Notes under the pieces: model-generated | Database searches by the model: none | Told to the model about the DNA's origin: nothing | The model's input: only the letters and a program-made list of their open reading frames with translations | Made by a program: the position numbers and the translations under genes | NCBI GenBank assembly: GCA_045578385.1 | Contig: JAZNKD010000027.1 | Span: 54,560-118,559 of the forward strand | From: Eubacteriales bacterium | GTDB lineage: Bacteria > Bacillota > Clostridia > Oscillospirales > CAG-272 | Reading direction: 5' to 3' | Length of the DNA: 64,000 bases | Shown here: in pieces, positions 18,253 to 28,119 of the stretch | How the letters are laid out: each line of letters opens with the position of its first letter | Numbering within the stretch: the stretch's first letter is position 1

Positions 18253-18509
18253 AGAGATGCCATCCGATTTGAACCGGGTTTCGCACGCTAGCAGCGTAGC
18301 GAATCCAGTTCACATACCCCACTCGGAGATCGGGGAGCTTGCTCACCAGGCGTAGAGCGTGGGTATCTTCGCCATAGGCGAATACCTGGGTGGCGCCTCC
18401 TCTTATGAGGAGCGTTTTTTCTCGTTCTGGGGGTGCCACTCCCTCTTGAACCGGGTTTCGCGCGCTGACAGCGTAGCGAATCCAGTTCACATACCCCGCT
18501 CGAAAATCG
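18253..18509. repeat. tandem tRNA-3'-derived palindromic repeat (2 copies, 177 bp apart)
   Basis: About 64-bp direct repeats at 18269-18332 and 18446-18509; copy of tRNA 3' end at 18386-18400. Confidence 0.8.
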
Positions 18510-18659
18510 AAAAACAAATTAAACAAATAACGTTCAAATATTTATATTTCGTACAAACGAAAAAAAAGCCCATCGGCATTTTGGGGCAATGGGGCTGAAA
18601 TGAATCTTAACATAATATTTTCATTGACAAATTTGATGTATTTTATTTTGCAAAAACTC

Positions 18660-18688
18660 TTGACTATTGCTTTTTTGTGTGTTATAAT
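18660..18688 (+). promoter_or_regulatory. sigma-A promoter
   Basis: TTGACT-17-TATAAT with extended TG. Confidence 0.75.
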
Positions 18689-18706
18689 GTCGTATCAAAT
18701 TAAATA

Positions 18707-18878
18707 ATCTGGACGACGTATTCAGGAAATTGCGCTATCGCAGCCGAAGGAGTAACGCTCTCAGGTGTCCGTTGGATGAGGACTGAATACCGACAGATCT
18801 TTGGAGACACTCGCATTTTGCGAGGGCCGAAGGTGCAAGCGTAAAATACGCCAATCTCTCAGGCAAAAGGACAAAGAC
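18707..18878 (+). promoter_or_regulatory. tandem glycine riboswitch
   Basis: Two aptamers, each with GGA(A/G)A...CCGAAGG...CTCTCAGG...GGAC; leader ATCTG can pair with linker CAGAT; terminator at 18913-18946. Confidence 0.92.
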
Positions 18879-18963
18879 CATATTTTTGGATTTTCACTTT
18901 TGTATTGCTTTTTGGTAAATTACGCTTGAGTAATTTGCCATTTTTTATTTTTTGGAGGAAATC

Positions 18964-20508
18964 ATGCAAAAAATTCTTGACTTTATCACTAAGGTAAACA
19001 ATGCTGTCAACAGCGCGGTATGGGGCTTGCCCGGTCTTATTCTTCTTATCGGAACGGGCGTGCTTCTGACTGTCGGAACTAAGTTTTTCCAGGTCAGTAA
19101 AATCGGTCATTGGTTGAAAACTACAATCGCAAGTATTTTCCGTAAAGACAGTAAAACAACAAAGTCGAATGACAAAAAGTCAATTTCACAGTTCCAGTCG
19201 CTTTGCGCTGCCCTTGCCGCTACCGTCGGAACAGGTAATATTGCCGGCGTTGCCGCAGCTATCGTAACAGGCGGTCCCGGCGCAGTATTCTGGATGTGGG
19301 TTGCCGCATTCTTCGGAATGATGACAAACTTCTCTGAAAACCTGCTAGGCATCTACTACCGCCGAAGAAACAAAGACGGCGAATGGTCGGGCGGACCTAT
19401 GTACTACCTCAAGCACGGACTTGGCGAGCGCTACGGCAAAAAATGGCTCAAGCCCGTATCAACCGTGCTTGCAATTCTCTTCTCCTGCTTTGCAATACTT
19501 GCATCGTTCGGTATCGGCAATATGGCGCAGATTAACAAAATCGTTCTCAATATGGACGCTGCGTTCTTCGCTAACTCCGAGCCTGTAATGATTCCCGGAA
19601 CCGAAATTAATCTCGTTCATCTCATTCTCGGTATTGCCCTTTTGATTATTGCCGCGCTCATTATCATCGGCGGAATCAAGCGAATCGCAAAGTTTGCCGA
19701 AATAGTCGTGCCCTTTATGGCAATAGTTTACGTAATCGGCTCACTCATCGTTATGGTTATCAACATATCTAACGTCGGACCTATGTTCGCTGCTATTTTC
19801 AAGTTTGCCTTCCGTCCCGCAGCCTTCCTCGGAGGCGGTCTCGGCGTTCTTATAAGCAAGACTATGACTCAGGGCTTCAAGCGCGGTGTGTTCTCCAACG
19901 AGGCAGGTCTCGGTTCTTCGGTTATGGTACACTCCTCTTCTAACGTAAAAGAGCCTGTCAGACAGGGTATGTGGGGCATCTTCGAGGTATTCTTCGATAC
20001 CTTCGTCGTATGCACTATGACCGCAATAGTTGTTCTTTCCACAGGATTTATCAACCTTGAAACAGGTGAGCCCAACGCGGGAATCAGCGGTGACACTCTG
20101 GTATCGCAGGCATTCGGTAACTATTTCGGCGTGGTAGGCACCTGGTTCGTTGCGATAGCTATGCTGTTCTTTGCATTTACCACCGTTCTCGGTTGGTCGC
20201 AGTACGGCTCTAAGGCTGTTGAATATCTCTTCGGCGCTAAGGGCGTAAAGATTTACAAGGTTATTTTCGTTGCTATGATCGTTTCGGGCGCTGTTATGGA
20301 TGGCGGTCTTGCCTGGGACCTTTCGGATACGTTTAACGGACTTATGATGATTCCCAACCTTATCGGCGTATTGACGCTCTTCCCGTTGGTTCTTAAGATT
20401 ACAAAGAACTATATCGACCGCAAAATTCTTAAAAAGGACGTAGCTCCTCTCTTATCCAACGATCCCGAAATTCAGGCTGAAATGGAAAAATCACTTGACG
20501 AGGACTAA
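18964..20508 (+). CDS. sodium:alanine/glycine symporter (AGCS family)
   Basis: ATVGTGNIAGVA, GGPGAVFWMW, GGPMYY, RGVFSNEAGLGS, PNLIG; GGAGG before ATG 18964. Confidence 0.93.
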   Translation: MQKILDFITKVNNAVNSAVWGLPGLILLIGTGVLLTVGTKFFQVSKIGHWLKTTIASIFRKDSKTTKSNDKKSISQFQSLCAALAATVGTGNIAGVAAAIVTGGPGAVFWMWVAAFFGMMTNFSENLLGIYYRRRNKDGEWSGGPMYYLKHGLGERYGKKWLKPVSTVLAILFSCFAILASFGIGNMAQINKIVLNMDAAFFANSEPVMIPGTEINLVHLILGIALLIIAALIIIGGIKRIAKFAEIVVPFMAIVYVIGSLIVMVINISNVGPMFAAIFKFAFRPAAFLGGGLGVLISKTMTQGFKRGVFSNEAGLGSSVMVHSSSNVKEPVRQGMWGIFEVFFDTFVVCTMTAIVVLSTGFINLETGEPNAGISGDTLVSQAFGNYFGVVGTWFVAIAMLFFAFTTVLGWSQYGSKAVEYLFGAKGVKIYKVIFVAMIVSGAVMDGGLAWDLSDTFNGLMMIPNLIGVLTLFPLVLKITKNYIDRKILKKDVAPLLSNDPEIQAEMEKSLDED

Positions 20509-20549
20509 AATACGTATCCTTAAACAAGCACTTACACAGCATAAAGGTT

Positions 20550-20583
20550 CGGCAGAGGTACGAGAAGTATCTCTGCCGTTTTT
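20550..20583 (+). terminator. intrinsic terminator
   Basis: CGGCAGAGGTAC-GAGAA-GTATCTCTGCCG-TTTTT. Confidence 0.75.
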
Positions 20584-20608
20584 ATTTATATAACCATTTT
20601 GTACTTTG

Positions 20609-21976
20609 TTAAATTCTGTCGGCAAGAGCTTTCTTGTTCTGCCATCTTCCCATAAGAAAGTATATAAGGCTCGGAATCGCATATCCGTAAGGCGCAAGTC
20701 CGTATCCGAGAACGAAGCCGTAAAATCCGTGCCCCATACTGATACCGAAAAGATAGCTGAGTCCTATACGCAAAGCAACACCGTCGAGTATCGCAAGAAC
20801 CATTCCAAGCTTTGCGTTTCCTACGCCCTGTACGAATGCTCCCGTACCGCGCATAACGGCAAATGCGGGGAACATCCAGAGAATAGCTTTAATAAAAGTA
20901 GACGACATATCGTGCACGAGAGGGTCGTCGGAGAAGAGCATAAAGAGCTGTTTGCCGAGTAATACGTAAAGAAGCATAAACACAGCGGTAAGTCCTATTG
21001 AGAACACCCAAGTCTTATGAACTATCTGCTTCGCTCTCTCGTTATTACCCGCACCGATATTCTGGCTTATCATAGGTATCGCAGCGTACTGAATACCCAT
21101 CGAAATCTTGTTTATTATATCGTCTATTCTGACTCCTACGCCGAACGTTGCCGACGCAACCACGCCGACGTCATTTATCATAGCGTTCACAAAGAGCATT
21201 GATACGTTTATAAAGCCCGACTGGATAGCCATAGGAGTTCCAAGGCTGGCTATCATACGAAGATATCGCTTTTTGGGAATAAAGCTTTTTCGGCAGAAAT
21301 CAAATCCGAAAGCCTGTCTCTTTTTATAAAGATAAAACAGTGAGAATACGAACGATGCAGCCTGACCTATAATAGTTGCCCACGCAGCACCCGCAACGCC
21401 CAAGCCGAAAAGCCCCGTAAAGAGTAGGTCCAGTGCCAAATTTATAAACGATGCGATACCTATAAATAAAAGAGGGCTGCGCGCGTCTCCCATTCCACGA
21501 AGAACTGCGGATACAAGATTATATCCTGCTGTAAATATCAATCCCGCGATACATATAACGAGATATTCCATCGCCATTATTTCTGATTCGTTAGGTATAT
21601 TTATGGCACTCAGAATACGATTTCTCAAAATGAGCATTACACCCGTGAGAATCACCGAAAAGGAGAGCACGAATATTGTCAGAGTGCCGATAATATCGGT
21701 TACCTCTTTATTCTTTTTCGCTCCGAATGCCTGAGCTATAAGCACCTGACCGGCATTTGCAAAGCCAAGGCAAAGCATAGCCGCAAAATTTACTATCTGA
21801 CTGCTCTGAGATACCGCCGAAAGTCCGGGCGTACCGACGTAATGCCCTACGATTATCATATCTATCGTACTGTAAAGAACCTGAAGGGCGTTCGATGCCA
21901 TAAAAGGAAGCGAGAATAAAAGGAGCTGACGCCATATATTACCCTCTGTGAAATTTTTTGATAAGCTTTTGGTCAT
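20609..21976 (-). CDS. MATE family efflux transporter
   Basis: FTEG..LLLFSLP, D..IVG, LRGMGD..PL, GVAGAAWAT, SQNIGAG. Confidence 0.9.
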   Translation of the reverse strand: MTKSLSKNFTEGNIWRQLLLFSLPFMASNALQVLYSTIDMIIVGHYVGTPGLSAVSQSSQIVNFAAMLCLGFANAGQVLIAQAFGAKKNKEVTDIIGTLTIFVLSFSVILTGVMLILRNRILSAINIPNESEIMAMEYLVICIAGLIFTAGYNLVSAVLRGMGDARSPLLFIGIASFINLALDLLFTGLFGLGVAGAAWATIIGQAASFVFSLFYLYKKRQAFGFDFCRKSFIPKKRYLRMIASLGTPMAIQSGFINVSMLFVNAMINDVGVVASATFGVGVRIDDIINKISMGIQYAAIPMISQNIGAGNNERAKQIVHKTWVFSIGLTAVFMLLYVLLGKQLFMLFSDDPLVHDMSSTFIKAILWMFPAFAVMRGTGAFVQGVGNAKLGMVLAILDGVALRIGLSYLFGISMGHGFYGFVLGYGLAPYGYAIPSLIYFLMGRWQNKKALADRI

Positions 21977-22011
21977 TAAATGTACCCCGTGGTTATTTTT
22001 ATCATTGTTTT

Positions 22012-22992
22012 TTAGCAGGTAAGTGAGGAAATAAGGCTCTCAACCTCGGAAAGCGTCAGGGCAGAATTTATACCTGCTCTCAGCGCGGCTGAACCTCTGA
22101 AGCCCTTAAAGTAAAGCGCTATTTTCTTTCTCGCCTCGGGAATTGCTACTGCTTCGCCTTTATCCTCTACAGCAAGCCTCAGCTCACGCTTTGCAACTTC
22201 TATTTTTTCTTCGAGAGTAGGCTCCGAAAACGTCCCGCCCTTGAGCGCGACAAGTATTTCTTTAAATACGAAAGGATTACCTATTGCGGCTCTGCCAACC
22301 GCAATTCCGTCAGCGCCCGTCTCTTTCAGCATTGCAAGCGCAGACGCTCCGTCAACTATATCACCATTTGCAATTACAGGAATATGTAAAGACCGTTTTA
22401 CATTTTTTATTATTTCCCTATCGGCAATGCCGCCGTAAAGCTGAGCGCGCGTTCTTCCGTGAACGCATACGAGACTCGCCCCTGCTGCCTCTGCAGCAAG
22501 CGCACATTCGACAGCGTTTATATGAGCTGCATCAATTCCCGACCGTATTTTAACGGTTACGGGAATATCGGCTTTTTTAGAAACAGCTTCGACTATTTTA
22601 TATATGAGCTCGGGATTTTTCATAAGCGCGCTGCCCTCTCCGTTTGAGAATATCTTATTCACGGGACAGCCCATATTTATATCAATGGCAATCGGTGGAA
22701 CGTAGCCCTCCTCGTCGTATGCAGCTTGCATTTTGTATGCCGCCTCTGCCATAACAAAAGGCTCCGAGCCGAATATCTGCAATGATACGGGGCCCTCGTC
22801 GGCCCTTATCCGTGCTAATTTCTGAGTCTTTTTATCACCGAAAACCACAGCCTTTGCGCTAATCATTTCGGTAGTTGAAAGCTCTGCTCCGCACTCCGCC
22901 GAAACTACTCGCATCGCTCTGTCGGTATATCCTGCCATAGGCGCAAGGATAAGACCGTTTTCAAGAGAAGTATTTCCAATTTTCAGTCCCAC
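22012..22992 (-). CDS. dusB: tRNA dihydrouridine synthase
   Basis: LAPMAGYTD, DINMGCP, G.GSALM, HGRTR, IANGDI. Confidence 0.92.
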   Translation of the reverse strand: MGLKIGNTSLENGLILAPMAGYTDRAMRVVSAECGAELSTTEMISAKAVVFGDKKTQKLARIRADEGPVSLQIFGSEPFVMAEAAYKMQAAYDEEGYVPPIAIDINMGCPVNKIFSNGEGSALMKNPELIYKIVEAVSKKADIPVTVKIRSGIDAAHINAVECALAAEAAGASLVCVHGRTRAQLYGGIADREIIKNVKRSLHIPVIANGDIVDGASALAMLKETGADGIAVGRAAIGNPFVFKEILVALKGGTFSEPTLEEKIEVAKRELRLAVEDKGEAVAIPEARKKIALYFKGFRGSAALRAGINSALTLSEVESLISSLTC

Positions 22993-23003
22993 GTAGGACC
23001 TCC

Positions 23004-24419
23004 TTATATTTTAATTGACTTTTTCGGTACAGAATCGTTTTCTTCCAAAAGCTTTCTTTTAAACCTGCGGTATAATATCACAAGGCAAGCAATAGCGGTT
23101 ACGGAAGCCGAAATCCAGCTTATAGGATAAGCGAGATAAAGACCTGTTACAGTATTCATTTTCGGAAATACTGCATACACCCAGAAAATTCTGAAGCCGC
23201 AGATAAATATGAGATTTATTACCATAGAGGTCATCGTATATCCAAGACCCTTAAGTCCGCCCGATACGGTATCAAGAAGCCCGCATATAACGTATGACGA
23301 AAGCATAAGCTTCATAATCTCGATGGCGGTATTTTCGACAACGAGCGCATCATCAAACGCCGTGTCAAGATAAAGACCTATAAGACCGTGTGCAAAAATC
23401 AACTCAAGCGATGCTACGAATAATCCAACTGCAACAACTTGGATAACGCTGTAGATAACCGATTTTTTTATTCTTTCGGGCTTTCCTGCTCCGCAATTCT
23501 GCCCCGAAAAAGTCATTGATGCCTGACCGAAGCAGCTCATTGAGGTAAGCGTTAACGAATCTATATTCATAGCTATAGTATTAGCCGTAACCGTCGTCGT
23601 CGGGAAGGTATTTACAGCGCCCGTGAGTATTACGTTAGATACGGCGAACATAGAGGAAGCAACACCTGCAGGAACACCGAAACGAAGTATTCTTATAAGA
23701 TATTCTTTACTGATACGCAGCTTAGCTAATTTGAGAGCGAACGGCTCGTCCTTTTTGTTCACAAGAACCGCCAGAACTGCTATTGCCGAAATATACTGAG
23801 ATATTATGGTTGCAAGCGCAACTCCCAAAACCGACATACCGCAGACAATAACGAAAAGAAGATTCAAGAGTACGTTACACATTCCCGCGCCCCCGAGAAT
23901 GAAAAGAGGAAGCTTTGAATTACCCGTACCCCTCATTATTGCAGCTCCGAAATTATACAAAGAGTTCGCGGGAATTCCTACGCATATCACCCTCAAATAC
24001 AAGGTCGCGCTCTCAATTACCTCCTCCTTGGTCCCAAGAAGCTCGAGCGCAGGTCTTGAAACTGCAAGACCGAAAAAGCACATAAAGATACCCCCGAGAA
24101 TTGAGAACAGCATAGCCGTATGTACACTTTTCGAAACCTTTTCTCTATCGCGCGCCCCATAATATTGCGATACAACTATACCTGTTCCCGCACCTATGCC
24201 AAAAAGCAAATTGATGATAAGATTGGTAAGTGACGAGGTGCTTCCGACCGCCGCAAGAGCGTTTTGGTCGCCCGAAAATTTACCTACTACTATGTTATCC
24301 GCCATGCTGTATGCTATCTGCAAAATTCCTGTAAGCATTATAGGAAGCGCAAAAAGCGTTATTCTGAAGAACAGCGGTCCCTCGGTAAAGTTTTTTGTTG
24401 ATTTTGATTTTATACTCAT
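23004..24419 (-). CDS. MATE family efflux transporter
   Basis: ATG 24419 after GGAG; FTEGP..FALP, ADNIVVG, RGTGNSK.PL, GVALAT, GQNCGAG. Confidence 0.9.
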   Translation of the reverse strand: MSIKSKSTKNFTEGPLFFRITLFALPIMLTGILQIAYSMADNIVVGKFSGDQNALAAVGSTSSLTNLIINLLFGIGAGTGIVVSQYYGARDREKVSKSVHTAMLFSILGGIFMCFFGLAVSRPALELLGTKEEVIESATLYLRVICVGIPANSLYNFGAAIMRGTGNSKLPLFILGGAGMCNVLLNLLFVIVCGMSVLGVALATIISQYISAIAVLAVLVNKKDEPFALKLAKLRISKEYLIRILRFGVPAGVASSMFAVSNVILTGAVNTFPTTTVTANTIAMNIDSLTLTSMSCFGQASMTFSGQNCGAGKPERIKKSVIYSVIQVVAVGLFVASLELIFAHGLIGLYLDTAFDDALVVENTAIEIMKLMLSSYVICGLLDTVSGGLKGLGYTMTSMVINLIFICGFRIFWVYAVFPKMNTVTGLYLAYPISWISASVTAIACLVILYRRFKRKLLEENDSVPKKSIKI

Positions 24420-24593
24420 TCGTTTTCTCCGTATCAGCAGCTCGCAGCACAAGAAAACAAACCTTGCCGTCATCTGCTTTTTGCCTACGTATGTTATATC
24501 ATTTTAGATGGGCTTTGTCAACCATTTAAAGATATATTAAAAATTTTTGCCGCCGGTTTTTAAAAAATTCCGGCGGCTAGTTTATTTTTTAAA

Positions 24594-26768
24594 TTAGAGG
24601 TGAAGAACTCTATCCTGAATTTCGCTCGTTCTTCCCTGATTCCAATACTGCGTTCCGATATATCCGCAGGTTCTTCTTGCTACGTTCATCTTGGACTGGT
24701 CTCGGTTTTTGCAGTTAGGACATTCCCAGACAAGCTTGCCGTCGGAATCCTCAACTATCTGTATCTCACCGTCGTATCCGCAGACCTGGCAGAAGTCGCT
24801 CTTCGTATTAAGCTCTGCGTACATAATATTGTCGTAAATAAACTTCATAACAGAGAGAACAGCCTCGATATTGTTCTGCATATCGGGAACCTCTACGTAG
24901 CTGATAGCTCCTCCGGGCGAGAGCGCCTGGAATTTAGCTTCAAGCGTGAGCTTATCAAATGCGTCAATAGGCTCGGTTACGTGAACGTGATAGGAGTTCG
25001 TTATATACATTCTGTCGGTAACACCGGGAACGATACCGAATCTCTTTTGCAGGCATTTAGCAAACTTGTACGTAGTAGACTCAAGAGGAGTTCCGTAAAG
25101 AGAATAGTCAATATTCTCTGCCTTTTTCCACTTTGCAGTATACTCGTTAAGCTTTTTCATTATTTCGAGTCCAAGCTCCTCGCCCTCAGGCTCGGTAAGC
25201 TTCTTGCCGTTCAGGGACATAACGCATTCCCAAAGTCCCGCATACCCGAGAGATATCGTGGAGTATCCGCCGTGAAGGTACTTGTCTATAGGCTCGCCTT
25301 TAGGAAGACGGGTTAAAGCACCGTACTGCCAGAGAATAGGAGCTGCATCGGAAAGAGTTCCCGTAAGTCTCTCGTGGCGCGCCTGGAGCGCTCTGTGGCA
25401 AAGCTCCATACGCTCGTCGAATATCTCCCAGAACTTCTCCATATCTCCCTTTGCGGAAAGACCTATATCAACGAGGTTTACGGTAACAACGCCCTGGTTG
25501 AATCTGCCGTAATACTTCGGCTTGCCCTCCTCGTCAACGTAAGGAGTAAGGAAGCTGCGGCAGCCCATACAGGTATAACAGTGTCCCTCTCCGTTCTTAT
25601 CCACCTTATTCTGAAGCATTATCTTCTCGGAGATATAGTCGGGAACCATTCTCTTAGCCGTGCATTTTGCTGCAAGCTCAGTGAGATAATAGTAGGGTGA
25701 ATCGTTATGTATATTCTGCTCCTCAAGAACGTAGATGAGCTTCGGGAATGCGGGAGTTATCCATATTCCCTTCTCGTTCTTAACGCCTTGGCATCGCTGA
25801 AGAAGCGTTTCCTCGATAATCACCGCGAGGTCAGCCTTTTCCTGCTCGGTCTTAGCCTCGCCAAGATACATAAATATGGTAATAAACGGAGCCTGTCCGT
25901 TAGTGGTAAGAAGCGTTACCACCTGATACTGAATACACTGAACACCGCGGCGTATTTCATCTCGAAGTCTTGCTTCGCTAATCTTATTAACCGCAGATTC
26001 ATCGTTAACGCCGATTTCCTTTAACTCAGCCGTTACGGCAGCTCTGATTTTTTCGCGGCTTATCTGAACGAAGGGAGCTAAGTGAGCAAGACTTATAGAC
26101 TGACCGCCGTACTGGTTAGATGCAACCTGTGCTATAATCTGCGTCGCTATGTTACACGCAGTCGAAAAGCTATGAGGCTTTTCAATCATAGTTCCGCTGA
26201 TAACCGTACCGTTCTGGAGCATATCCTCAAGATTTACAAGGTCGCAGTTATGCATATGCTGAGCGAAATAATCTGAATCGTGGAAATGAATAAGTCCTTC
26301 CTCGTGAGCCTTTACGATATCCTGCGGAAGAAGTATTCTTCTTGTGATATCCTTTGAAATCTCACCTGCCATATAATCGCGCTGAACGCTGTTCACGGTA
26401 GGATTCTTATTGGAGTTTTCCTGCTTAACTTCCTCGTTGTTACATTCGATAAGAGAAAGAATCTGGTCGTCCGTGGTATTCGTACGGCGGATAAGCGCTC
26501 TCTTATATCTGTAAGTAATATAAGCTCTTGCAAGGATAAAGGCGCCCGAGCGCATAAGCTCGTTTTCTACCATATCCTGAACTTCCTCAACGCTGACAGC
26601 GCGTCCCAGCTTCTCGCATTTTGATTCTACGTGCGCTGCTATCTTATTTATTTTTCCTTTGGTAATCTGTTCATCTTCATCAACCGCGGCGTTAGCTTTC
26701 GTTATAGCTGCGGCTATCTTTTCTCGGTCGAAAATTTCTTCCGAACCGTTTCGCTTAATAAGCTTCAT
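24594..26768 (-). CDS. nrdD: anaerobic ribonucleoside-triphosphate reductase (class III) with ATP cone
   Basis: IKRNGS..FD ATP cone, IHFHD, QYGGQS, MGCRSF, C..C/C..C, RRTCGY glycyl-radical loop; ATG 26768 after AGGGGG. Confidence 0.96.
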   Translation of the reverse strand: MKLIKRNGSEEIFDREKIAAAITKANAAVDEDEQITKGKINKIAAHVESKCEKLGRAVSVEEVQDMVENELMRSGAFILARAYITYRYKRALIRRTNTTDDQILSLIECNNEEVKQENSNKNPTVNSVQRDYMAGEISKDITRRILLPQDIVKAHEEGLIHFHDSDYFAQHMHNCDLVNLEDMLQNGTVISGTMIEKPHSFSTACNIATQIIAQVASNQYGGQSISLAHLAPFVQISREKIRAAVTAELKEIGVNDESAVNKISEARLRDEIRRGVQCIQYQVVTLLTTNGQAPFITIFMYLGEAKTEQEKADLAVIIEETLLQRCQGVKNEKGIWITPAFPKLIYVLEEQNIHNDSPYYYLTELAAKCTAKRMVPDYISEKIMLQNKVDKNGEGHCYTCMGCRSFLTPYVDEEGKPKYYGRFNQGVVTVNLVDIGLSAKGDMEKFWEIFDERMELCHRALQARHERLTGTLSDAAPILWQYGALTRLPKGEPIDKYLHGGYSTISLGYAGLWECVMSLNGKKLTEPEGEELGLEIMKKLNEYTAKWKKAENIDYSLYGTPLESTTYKFAKCLQKRFGIVPGVTDRMYITNSYHVHVTEPIDAFDKLTLEAKFQALSPGGAISYVEVPDMQNNIEAVLSVMKFIYDNIMYAELNTKSDFCQVCGYDGEIQIVEDSDGKLVWECPNCKNRDQSKMNVARRTCGYIGTQYWNQGRTSEIQDRVLHL

Positions 26769-26937
26769 AAACGTCCCCCTTTTATTAAGTTTATCGTAAG
26801 GAATAAAAAGTTTCCCAAGAACAAATCGGAAGCTTTTCATAACAAAACAAAATTTAAACCGTACTCGATTAAACCTGTACGGTACTGTTTTTTAAAAAAT
26901 CTCCCGATAATTCCAATCAAAAATCATCGATGATAAT

Positions 26938-26987
26938 ATTATACCACATATTGTGATTTTGTCAAGGGTAAAACACTATATATTGTA
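26938..26987 (-). promoter_or_regulatory. nrdD promoter with two NrdR boxes
   Basis: Minus-strand TTGACA (26960-65)/TATAAT (26938-43); ATACCACATATTGTG 26941-55 and ACACTATATATTGTA 26973-87, 32 bp apart. Confidence 0.8.
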
Positions 26988-27355
26988 ATTTTTACATCTT
27001 TGATTCTTGAGCAAAAAATAAAAAATGCACTAAAAAAAACTTTATTTTTGTCGAAGATTACTCTTGACTTTTTTAACTAGCATTTATTTTGGGGCAGAGT
27101 TTTTTCGCTTTGTTCAAATCCTACAAATATACCTTGTTTTTTTCTATATTATTCTCTTAGCTTTAACTTTCGATTGTGCTATAAACAGATGACGGATTTT
27201 ATATAAATCCTCGCCCCCTTTATTATTTTATTATAATGTAATGATAATTTCATCAAAACGGAGAAAAGGGGTAACAACCCAAATATATAAAAGTCATAAC
27301 TACGACCGCGGCGGCTTACAAACGAATCCTTTTTACAAAGCCTTCTTTATACAAC

Positions 27356-27386
27356 AAAAAGCGGGATTTTGATTTCAAAACCCCGC
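27356..27386 (-). terminator. terminator after doc
   Basis: Minus strand GCGGGGTTTTG-AAAT-CAAAATCCCGC-TTTTT. Confidence 0.7.
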
Positions 27387-27420
27387 AAATTGCTTAAACT
27401 GACTATGCCTGTTTATAAAA

Positions 27421-27807
27421 TTATGATTTTAAAATTTCGCTTTTAACAATCCAATCGACGAGCTCGATATACGACATCTCCGATGCGGCAACCGAAAGTC
27501 CGACCCTTATAATCTCATCATCCGTCGGATTAATCTCAATACCGTTAGCCAGAAGAAAAATCAGCATAACGAACATTCCTATCCTTTTATTTCCGTCGAT
27601 AAACGGATGGTTTGACATAAGAGAAAATCCAAGACGCGCGCCCTTTTCCTCGACCGTTTTATAAAGCTCCTCTCCTCCGAAGGTCTGATAGGCAGAGAAA
27701 AGCGCGCTTTCGAGAAGCGAAATATCCCTGACCCCTGCACTGCCTCCCGTTGCCTCAGCCATCATTTCGTGAAGCTCTATAGCTTTTTCCGGTGTTATTT
27801 TTATCAT
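27421..27807 (-). CDS. doc: Doc (death-on-curing, Fic family) toxin
   Basis: GVRD..LLESA, HPFIDGNKR Doc-type motif; overlaps antitoxin stop. Confidence 0.88.
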   Translation of the reverse strand: MIKITPEKAIELHEMMAEATGGSAGVRDISLLESALFSAYQTFGGEELYKTVEEKGARLGFSLMSNHPFIDGNKRIGMFVMLIFLLANGIEINPTDDEIIRVGLSVAASEMSYIELVDWIVKSEILKS

Positions 27808-28040
27808 TTTGCAAGCTCCTTAAAAGCACCTTCGTACTTTTTTAAGACGCGCTTTGCAATTATATCCACTCTCTCCTCGTGAGTAAGCTCAAGCACGCCA
27901 TCGCCCTCAAGGTTAACAAGCTTATACTTCGGCCTGCCGTCCTCAACTATATACACCTCGCCGTTTTCATCCGCAATCGCACTGACAGCCATAAAATTAT
28001 TCTTTGCGTACTCCAGCGTTACCTTTACATTTTCTTCCAC
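27804..28040 (-). CDS. Phd/YefM-type antitoxin
   Basis: Probable GTG 28040 after AAGGAG; AKNNF..V..I..ENGEVYIVEDGRPKY; C-terminal AFKELAK. Confidence 0.75.
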   Translation of the reverse strand: MEENVKVTLEYAKNNFMAVSAIADENGEVYIVEDGRPKYKLVNLEGDGVLELTHEERVDIIAKRVLKKYEGAFKELAK

Positions 28041-28119
28041 GGACCAAATATCTCCTTTATGTTCAAGCCGCAAATCATTTTCTAACCCTTCAACCGTTAT
28101 AACCTGATCCGTGTTAAAT

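Noticed and set aside
18152..18598. Short ORFs overlapping tRNA-Cys and its downstream repeats
   Set aside because: Explained by the tRNA and palindromic repeats; no RBS or protein-like features.
27235..27256. Fur-like palindrome TGATAATTTCATCA
   Set aside because: Weak match in an AT-rich gap with no downstream gene to regulate.
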